In this document: positions 10,626-17,632 of the stretch, piece after piece | Layout: each line of letters begins with the position of its first letter | How positions within the stretch are numbered: position 1 is the stretch's first letter | Origin: Nitrosopumilus sp. | Lineage (GTDB): Archaea > Thermoproteota > Nitrososphaeria > Nitrososphaerales > Nitrosopumilaceae | DNA: 64,000 bases | Direction of reading: 5' to 3' | Assembly: GCA_965205215.1 (NCBI GenBank) | Contig: OZ242041.1 | Coordinates: 1,888,001 to 1,952,000, forward strand | Program-made: the position numbers and the translations under genes | The notes under the pieces: model-generated | The model's database searches: none | What the model saw: only the letters and a program-made list of their open reading frames with translations | What the model was told of the DNA's origin: nothing

Positions 10626-11042
10626 ATGTCAAGCGCCCTTGCGTGCCTCGCGGGTGCGCTGCTCGGGATCGCGTACATCTCCGGGTGGTGGGTTCCGGCA
10701 GGCTGGGCCTGGGGCCCCGTCGTGTTCTGGCTTGCGGCCTGCGGGACGGACATGGCATATACGGTGAGATACAGCCGATTTTTATCAAAACACGAGCAGA
10801 GCCCCGTGCTCCGCTTCCTGGCAGGGCGCCTCCGCCTCGGGTTTGCCGTGCCGGCAACGCTTGCGGCCGAGTCGGCGCTCGTCGTTTTTTCGCCGTTTCT
10901 GGTCACGCACAAGTGGGATCCAAGTTTCCTCGGCATGGCGGCCGTTTTAGCAGGCATGGTGCACCTGTCAGGACTTGTCGAGAGCATGTCGTTTGTGCGC
11001 CGCATGGGCGCGGGGCCCGCCGGCCAAGGCCGGTACGCTTGA
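10626..11042 (+). CDS. Multi-pass membrane protein
   Basis: Four hydrophobic segments, D-x-x-x-T...E-Q-S-P motif; starts immediately after the upstream stop. Confidence 0.7.
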   Translation: MSSALACLAGALLGIAYISGWWVPAGWAWGPVVFWLAACGTDMAYTVRYSRFLSKHEQSPVLRFLAGRLRLGFAVPATLAAESALVVFSPFLVTHKWDPSFLGMAAVLAGMVHLSGLVESMSFVRRMGAGPAGQGRYA

Positions 11043-11131
11043 TCAGGCCGGAAATTACCTCGTATTTCGCATGCCTGCAGAAAGACAGGCCCGCCATCCA
11101 ACCGTGGAAAAATCCGGCTTAAACGCAACCG

Positions 11132-11974
11132 GTGTCTGACATTACAATGAAGATCGGCCTCGACGTCGGCACAGGATTCGTAAAGTGTGTCTCAGACTAC
11201 GGTGCGGTGCGCTTTCCGTCCGTATACGTGAGGCGCGTCCACGGGCTGTGGACGGAAAAGGCGACGGAGGCGGTGGGCTCCAAGGCAGGCTCGCTGCTTG
11301 ACACCATGGGCGCCACCGCCATAAGCCCGATAGTCAGGGGCAGGCCGGACCCCAGATACTACAAGCAGGTGGACATGCTCCTGGCCGAGATGCTGCGCCA
11401 GATACACAAGCTGGCAAAGACCCCGGTCGATGCGGACGCAAAGCTCCGCATCGTGGTGGGCCTGCCGTACCACGCGTTTGGCTACCGCGAGTCCATGGTC
11501 AGGGTGATGCAAAAGGTGCTGAACGTGGAGACGTGCACCGTGGTCGCCCAGGCTTCGGGGACGCTGGTGGACCTAGACCTTGAGAGCGCCATAGTGGTGT
11601 CCATCGGGCAGGGGACGACGGAAATCGTGGTGATCGACGAAATGGAGGTGATAGACGGGGAGAGCTCCAGGTGGGCGTCGGATTTCGTGACAAAAAAGAT
11701 TGGCAGGTACGCCCATCTCAACGTGGACTTGCTGCACAAGAACCAGGACGTGTGCCAAAAGTACGCGAGGGTGATGGCAGAGAATTTGGCCCGCGAGGTA
11801 CGCGACATGTCCGGGCAGTACGACGACAGGTACCCCATAGCGCTTTCGGGGGGCGGCCTGCTGATCCCCGGCATGCAGGAGAGGCTGGCCGCCCGGCTAA
11901 AGGAGTTCAAGGTGGTGGTCCCAGACGACCCCGTGATGAGTAACGCAAACGGGCTCTACAAGCTGGTGGAATAG
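11132..11974 (+). CDS. ParM/StbA-like actin-family ATPase
   Basis: Actin-fold motifs: phosphate-1 IGLDVGTGFVK, VVGLP, phosphate-2 VSIGQGTTE, adenosine LSGGG, C-terminal DDPVMSNANGLY. Confidence 0.85.
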   Translation: MSDITMKIGLDVGTGFVKCVSDYGAVRFPSVYVRRVHGLWTEKATEAVGSKAGSLLDTMGATAISPIVRGRPDPRYYKQVDMLLAEMLRQIHKLAKTPVDADAKLRIVVGLPYHAFGYRESMVRVMQKVLNVETCTVVAQASGTLVDLDLESAIVVSIGQGTTEIVVIDEMEVIDGESSRWASDFVTKKIGRYAHLNVDLLHKNQDVCQKYARVMAENLAREVRDMSGQYDDRYPIALSGGGLLIPGMQERLAARLKEFKVVVPDDPVMSNANGLYKLVE

Positions 11975-12135
11975 TACGCCGCCTGCAGGGCGTGTGCCGC
12001 TTATGCGGGTCGCCAAGCAGCCAGCCGCAAGGATGTAGATGCAGTTCTTCACAGGCAGTGGAATGCCCGGTGGCGCGTCGCATCCTCCGCCGTCTTGGAA
12101 GAGTATGGTTCCAGGAATATCATCATAGAACGGGG

Positions 12136-12411
12136 TCAGTCCCTGCCGTAGACGTACTTGTGATCTCCCACCACCAACAGCAGGATCATCTTTTGCCGAC
12201 TGACGACCTTGTAGATCAGCCGGTGCGAGCGCCCGATCTCATACGCAAAGTATCCCTTGAGTCGGCCCTTTTTTGGGATGCCTGCATCTGCGGGATTTTC
12301 GTATGTTGCAAGGTGTGATATGGCCTCGTCCACCCTGCCTTGCATCGGGGAAGAAAGTTTTCTATAGCTGCTGTCAAACAGGTCGGATAGCTCTACGCGC
12401 CACAAATTCAT
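12136..12411 (-). CDS. RelE/ParE-family toxin
   Basis: 91 aa; WRVELSDLFDSSYRKL...KKGRLKGYFAYEIGRSHRLIYKV...LLVVGDHKYVY is a typical RelE/StbE pattern. Confidence 0.85.
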   Translation of the reverse strand: MNLWRVELSDLFDSSYRKLSSPMQGRVDEAISHLATYENPADAGIPKKGRLKGYFAYEIGRSHRLIYKVVSRQKMILLLVVGDHKYVYGRD

Positions 12412-12551
12412 TCGGGCCTGTGAAGATATTCTATCAGTGCTTCTGGGGTTTCAAATATTTTTGTCTTGACCTTTCCGGACTCATACTGTTCTATTGCATC
12501 CTCTTCGTTTGGCCACAGTTCGTCATCTGATGCCTGTTTCGTCTCTGACAT
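12408..12551 (-). CDS. Putative 47-aa acidic antitoxin (missed by the ORF track)
   Basis: Manual translation MSETKQASDDELWPNEEDAIEQYESGKVKTKIFETPEALIEYLHRPE; its stop overlaps the toxin start (ATGA); AT-rich promoter just upstream. Confidence 0.75.
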   Translation of the reverse strand: MSETKQASDDELWPNEEDAIEQYESGKVKTKIFETPEALIEYLHRPE

Positions 12552-12716
12552 GTATTGCAATATTTTTAATTACTTTTAAAGATATCCACAGCGAGTCGAT
12601 TCTGCGCATTCTCCCTCCTCCCCCTGCTTCCCCCAAGTCCCGATCCGGATGCAGGCAGGGAACGCGGATGAAGCTGCGCGTCTGCGGGCTTAAAAGGAAA
12701 ATGCCGTCCTGACTGC

Positions 12717-13955
12717 ATGTCGAGGTGGCGCATCTCAAACAAAAGTATGCCCCGGGGGCAGCTGGTAGACGTCAAGAAATTCATGAGCGGCCCCGAGAGG
12801 CTGGCCGCCCGCTCGGTGACAATACCGATAGAGTCGGACCCGCAGGGGGCGGCAGGCGTCGCCGGGGGCCTGGCAGGCGATCAGATACGGAGCTTTGAGA
12901 TGTGGTGGGACGCGGCAGAGTCGAGGCTCCGGTTCGTCATCGTATCGGACGAGAGGGACGCGGACGACTTTGAGCGGGCGTTCCAGGTCATGTACCCCAA
13001 CGCGGCGTTCGGCGGCATGAGCGAGACGGTCCCCCCATGGTTTGACCGCGGGTCCGCCGAATACCGCGTGTTTGACGTGGGCACGCGCCACGGCCACTAC
13101 GCGACCGTATTTGACGGGCCGGGGGCGCGCAGCCTCATCACCGGGATGGCAAGCGCCGTCCAGTCGGCCGACCGCGCGTGGATACAGTTCGTGTTCGTGC
13201 GGTTTGACTGCACGCCGTTTCTCCGCACGCACATGGCGCGCTTGGACGGGCGGTTTGCAGAGATAAACTGGGGTGGCTACACGTCGTGGGGGGACGAGAT
13301 CACGGGAAGAAAGCCGCGTACACATCCGGAACTCGGGTACGACCTTACAAGCAACTACAAGGGCCTCAAAAAGCACGTTACGGCAAAGATGCAGGGCGCG
13401 CATATGATAATGAGCGTAAGGGGGCTGGTACGGGGCAGTGACGGCGGCAATGGCAGGGACGTCGACCTGCCGTTTGACAAGGTCTCGGCGCTGTCGGTTG
13501 ACGGCATCGACTCATCGTACGAGCACCTGGCAAAGTTCCGCTATAGATACGACAGGTTCTTCTCAGATACGAAAAAGTCACGGGTCGGGGTGCTGGGGCC
13601 GCGCGGCTCGTACGACCACAGGATATGCATGTTCGAGTCGCGGCACCTGCCGGACCCCGACAGGTATTTTGGCCGCGCCACATCCCAGTATTTCGACAAG
13701 GGGTGGTGGGGGCTCCGCGGGTACCAGGCCAGAAGACCCCTGCCGTTTCTGATCCTGAACCCAGCGGAGGTGCCGCTGTTCGTGCACCTGCCCGACCCGT
13801 CGACGCCCAACATCGACACGACGCGCAGCGTGCGCCTGCCCTCAAAGCCGTCCGAGAAGACGGGCGCGGGCGTCGGCTTTTTTGACTCGCTGGACGGTCC
13901 CGGTCAGCCCGGCCCTGCACGGGAAGACGCGGCGCGGGATGCTGGTATATCTTGA
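12717..13955 (+). CDS. Hypothetical partner protein of the VirD4-like ATPase
   Basis: SFEMWW...RLRFVI...FQVMYPNA, AWIQFVF and LILNPAEVPLFVHLP resemble the domain found N-terminal to or upstream of DUF87/TraD-like ATPases. Coupled to the next gene. Confidence 0.75.
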   Translation: MSRWRISNKSMPRGQLVDVKKFMSGPERLAARSVTIPIESDPQGAAGVAGGLAGDQIRSFEMWWDAAESRLRFVIVSDERDADDFERAFQVMYPNAAFGGMSETVPPWFDRGSAEYRVFDVGTRHGHYATVFDGPGARSLITGMASAVQSADRAWIQFVFVRFDCTPFLRTHMARLDGRFAEINWGGYTSWGDEITGRKPRTHPELGYDLTSNYKGLKKHVTAKMQGAHMIMSVRGLVRGSDGGNGRDVDLPFDKVSALSVDGIDSSYEHLAKFRYRYDRFFSDTKKSRVGVLGPRGSYDHRICMFESRHLPDPDRYFGRATSQYFDKGWWGLRGYQARRPLPFLILNPAEVPLFVHLPDPSTPNIDTTRSVRLPSKPSEKTGAGVGFFDSLDGPGQPGPAREDAARDAGIS

Positions 13956-15910
13956 CCACAGTACGGAAGGGCAGGGAACGCCGGTGGGGCGGGATGGCAA
14001 GGTCCAAGGATATAGGCGCGGCGGTCATATCCCCCACCGACTTTGCAAACCACCTGTATGTAGTGGGCGCGTCCGGCTCCGGCAAGACCTCGCTCATCCG
14101 CCTGCTTGCAAAGCACCTGGAGGCGTGGAACCGCAACGGCACGTTCCAGAACGCGTTCATCTACGTGGACCCAAAGGGGGACGACTCCCACAAGTTCGTC
14201 AGGCAGTGCAGCCCCGACACGGTAGGTCGCGGCCTCGTGCACTTTCTGGACCCGCAAAAGACCAAATTTTCGATCAACCCGCTTGAGCTGCCCAGGTACC
14301 AGGAGCAGGAGCGCGAGGAGCTGGTGTCCCGATACGTCGGTTATTTCATGAAGACCATAGAGGAGTGGTACCAGCAGTCGGCCACGTTCGTCCAGATGGA
14401 GCGCATATTCCGCGCCCTGCTGTTCTACGTGTACATGAAGCACGACTCCCCCACGTTCCTTGACATACACGACATGATACTGAAGATGCAGGAGAGCGGG
14501 CACGACGCCCTGCCGCAGATAGCAAGCACGTTCGGGGAGCCGAATCCCGAGATGAAGCAGGCGCTCCTGAGCATAGCGGCGCTAAAGGGCGACGCGTTCG
14601 TCCCGCTGCTCAACCGCATCGAGCAGTTCGCGACCGACCCGGTGCTCAAGCGCATGTTTTCGGTCCGCAAGGGCACCGTGGACTTTGGGGAGCTGATCAA
14701 ACCCGGCATGTATACCGTGGTGCGCATATCGCCCCTGAACATGCCCCACCACGTGCAGCCTCTGGCGATGCAGGCGTTCATACTAAAGCTGTGGTTTGCC
14801 ATCCAGGAGCGCGCAAACCGCATGCTGGGGGAGGAGAGGACGCAGGTGGTGCTGGCGCTCGACGAGTTCCAGATAGTCAAGGATTTGCAGGTGCTCCAGC
14901 TGATGCTCGAGCAGGCAAGGTCGCTGGGCCTGGGGCTGGTACTGTCGCACCAGACCACCGAGCAGATATCCGACACCCAGCTCGGGCTGATCACCGGCAA
15001 CTCGGGGACGCAGCTGGTCGGCAAGGTAAACGGCAAGGACGCCACCAGGATGGCCCAGATCTGGGACCCCCAGTTCAAGCGGGAGCTTACCCAGATGCTT
15101 GCAAGCCAGGAGTACTTTCACTGGTCCATACGGGAAAAGGCGCCGCCCGGAAGGGAGCAGCCGCTGCCCGTCCAGTTCTGGCTGGGCGCGCCGCCCGAAC
15201 TGCAGGTGTCTGCCGCCGCGTACGACGAGTTCCTGGCCGCCCAGCTTGCAAAGTACGGCCGCGGCGCAGTGGAGGATACCATGGTCAGGCAGACGATCGC
15301 CGCCCGCAACAAGTGGCTTGAGAGCATAACGGTGCGGTTCCCGGCGCACATGGAGTGGAGGATAATGGTCATGCTGCTCGGAAGGCCGCTCCAGCAGACG
15401 GACATGGTGGCGCAGCTGCCCGTGTCAAACAGGTCCGAGGTGCTTGACATACTCAAAAAGATGCAGGCGGACCGGCTCGTCAGAAAGACCGATCCCGGAA
15501 ACAGGATGTCAAAGTACGAGCTGACACCGGACGCCAGGTCCGCGTATTTTGAGCCCAGGTTCGACGAGGTCGGCTCCGCCGCCGAGATCGAGGGCCTGAC
15601 GCGGCGCGTGTTTTACAGCTATCTTGAGCTGGGGATGTTCGTGGCGGTGGCGTCTCAAAAGGTGACAAAGGGCCGCGACAGGACCGACCTGGTGGCGTAC
15701 GACTATAACAACGGCACGCCCATAAGCGTGGAGATCGAGTCGGTGGTCGAGGTGCAGAGCCACCCCGAGCACGTCCGGTACAACATGGTAAAGTGGCGGG
15801 ACATGGGGTTCGGGCAGTGCCACGTGTGGTCCAAGAGCCCGAAGGCGCGGCAGATCTACGACCGCCTCTCAGACGAGGAGAAGCGCGGGGTTCTAGTTAC
15901 CGTCACTTGA
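13952..15910 (+). CDS. VirD4/TraD/HerA-like P-loop ATPase with C-terminal wHTH and PD-(D/E)xK-like domain
   Basis: Walker A HLYVVGASGSGKT, YVDPKGD, FSINPLE, Walker B LALDEFQ, EQARSLGLGLVLSHQ; tail RTDLVAYD...ISVEIES. Alternative ATG at 13994. Confidence 0.88.
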   Translation: MTTVRKGRERRWGGMARSKDIGAAVISPTDFANHLYVVGASGSGKTSLIRLLAKHLEAWNRNGTFQNAFIYVDPKGDDSHKFVRQCSPDTVGRGLVHFLDPQKTKFSINPLELPRYQEQEREELVSRYVGYFMKTIEEWYQQSATFVQMERIFRALLFYVYMKHDSPTFLDIHDMILKMQESGHDALPQIASTFGEPNPEMKQALLSIAALKGDAFVPLLNRIEQFATDPVLKRMFSVRKGTVDFGELIKPGMYTVVRISPLNMPHHVQPLAMQAFILKLWFAIQERANRMLGEERTQVVLALDEFQIVKDLQVLQLMLEQARSLGLGLVLSHQTTEQISDTQLGLITGNSGTQLVGKVNGKDATRMAQIWDPQFKRELTQMLASQEYFHWSIREKAPPGREQPLPVQFWLGAPPELQVSAAAYDEFLAAQLAKYGRGAVEDTMVRQTIAARNKWLESITVRFPAHMEWRIMVMLLGRPLQQTDMVAQLPVSNRSEVLDILKKMQADRLVRKTDPGNRMSKYELTPDARSAYFEPRFDEVGSAAEIEGLTRRVFYSYLELGMFVAVASQKVTKGRDRTDLVAYDYNNGTPISVEIESVVEVQSHPEHVRYNMVKWRDMGFGQCHVWSKSPKARQIYDRLSDEEKRGVLVTVT

Positions 15911-16214
15911 GCCTGAGGCGCTCCAGCTTGCTCTTCCCGGACGCGGCCCTTGTGCCCGCGGGCCTCTCGGACTTGGCGCCCTTTGCCATCATGTCGGTTA
16001 TGGCCCTCTTGTACGGGTCGAGGCCATCGGGGTCCGCAGCGCCGCCGCTGTCCACGACATCCGTGGGGCTGATTACGATCTTCCCGTCCGTGACCTCGAA
16101 CCTGACGCTCTGGCCGTTGCAGATCCCCGCCTTTCTTACTATGGACTGCGGGATTGTCAGTATGAAGGAGCTCCTCCTCATGTGCACCCTGCGCTCCATT
16201 ACGTCTTTTTCCAT
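15903..16214 (-). CDS. AbrB/MazE/SpoVT-family DNA-binding protein
   Basis: RRVHMRRSSFILTIPQSIVRKAGICNGQSVRFEVTDGKIVISP swapped-hairpin pattern; TTAA box about 25 nt upstream. Confidence 0.88.
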   Translation of the reverse strand: MEKDVMERRVHMRRSSFILTIPQSIVRKAGICNGQSVRFEVTDGKIVISPTDVVDSGGAADPDGLDPYKRAITDMMAKGAKSERPAGTRAASGKSKLERLRLK

Positions 16215-16248
16215 GACCCCAATGCCCCGGATCCACTTAAGGGGAAAC

Positions 16249-16515
16249 GCGCGCTAAGCATGTGAAGCGCGCTCGCGGCACGCGCGCTAAGCATGTGAAG
16301 CGCGCTCGCGGCACGCTGTGGCGCGCTAAGCATGTGAAGCGCGCTCGCGGCACGCGCGCTAAGCATGTGAAGCGCGCTCGCGGCACGCGCGCTAAGCATG
16401 TGAAGCGCGCTCGCGGCACGCGCGCTAAGCATGTGAAGCGCGCTCGCGGCACGCGCGCTAAGCATGTGAAGCGCGCTCGCGGCACGCGCGCTAAGCATGT
16501 GAAGCGCGCTCGCGG
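16249..16515. repeat. Eight tandem copies of a 33-bp semi-palindromic repeat
   Basis: Unit GCGCGCTAAGCATGTGAAGCGCGCTCGCGGCAC; one 6-bp insertion (GCTGTG, 16315-16320); last copy truncated. Confidence 0.97.
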
Positions 16516-17249
16516 GCTGATGGCATTTATCTGCTACCCCCTTCGCACATAACACAACACCTGAACGACGGCCAGCTCTTCTCCCGACACATTCCACATG
16601 GGGAGTCATCTTGGAGCGCCACGCGCTCACCCCCCCAAGCTGGCATTCATCGTGGGCGCGCCGGGGGGGCTGGTCCGCCGGCTAAATGTCGCGCGTCGTG
16701 GGGATGGGGGGTTTCCCGCGCCCTCGTCGGTTCCCTCCGAGGTCGCTCAGTTGTCCCCCTCGGCCAGCAGGCGCCCCGCGCTCAGCTGTCAATTTCTCAA
16801 ACATCTTCCAGCCCACACTCTTCCAGACGCGCGGTTGTCATTCAACACCCTCGCGCGCCGACGACCCGGATCGGGCAGGTCAACGGCGCCCCGCCAACTC
16901 GTCTTCCACATACGCGACGCGCCACCGGTATACCGCGCAGTCATTTCGCGGCATCCAACTGTCCGGATGTCCCTTTTTGGCAGACCCCTAGTTCCTTGCC
17001 CAAACTCGCCCGGAAGCACCAAAAATCACCGGTCGATCCTCCCAATGTACGCCGATCGCACTATGGCGACACGCACTTCGCGCACGGGTACGTTCTGGAT
17101 CGGATCGTTCCAACCCCGTTCCCGGCGCAGACTTCCCGAGGCATCCGTGGTCCTACCGCCGTCAGCCAGCCAGATCACGAGACGTCTCGGGCATGTCCCG
17201 CGGCCGCCCTGGGCTCCGCCCAGGGCGGCATTTGCCCATCCTGTCTACC

Positions 17250-17412
17250 CAGTCGGCTCCGCCGACCCTAGGGGGGCTCCAGCACAGGCTCAGTCGGCTC
17301 CGCCGACCCTAGGGGGGCTCCAGCACAGGCTCAGTCGGCTCCGCCGACCCTAGGGGGGCTCCAGCACAGGCTCAGTCGGCTCCGCCGACCCTAGGGGGGC
17401 TCCAGCACAGGC
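17250..17412. repeat. Four tandem copies of a 41-bp hairpin-containing repeat
   Basis: Unit CAGTCGGCTCCGCCGACCCTAGGGGGGCTCCAGCACAGGCT, containing the GTCGGC-TCC-GCCGAC stem-loop and the CCCTAGGG palindrome. Confidence 0.97.
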
Positions 17413-17427
17413 ATCGTCAATGTCTTC

Positions 17428-17518
17428 GACTTTGTAGACTTTGTAGACTTTGTAGACTTGGCAGGCAGGCAGGCACAAGAGTCGACAATGTTGTCGACTT
17501 TGTCGACTTTGTCGACTT
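17428..17518. repeat. Two clusters of related 9-bp repeats
   Basis: (GACTTTGTA)x3 plus a partial copy, then GGCA x4, then (GTCGACTTT) x about 3. Confidence 0.9.
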
Positions 17519-17632
17519 GAATCCACGAGGCCGGCTTTTCCACGGCGGAGTATATCCCTGATTGTACGTCAATAGGAGATCAAGCCGCTCGAACAGTACA
17601 TCCACAGGCCTGGGACAGCTCGCCCGTCACCA

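Noticed and set aside
16199-16630. ORFs made of the 11-aa repeat (ASALHMLSARA and other frames)
   Set aside because: They are by-products of a 33-bp repeat that stays open in several frames; no support for translation.
16249-17412. CRISPR array interpretation of the 33-bp and 41-bp repeats
   Set aside because: Units are head-to-tail with no unique spacers, and no cas genes are in the window.
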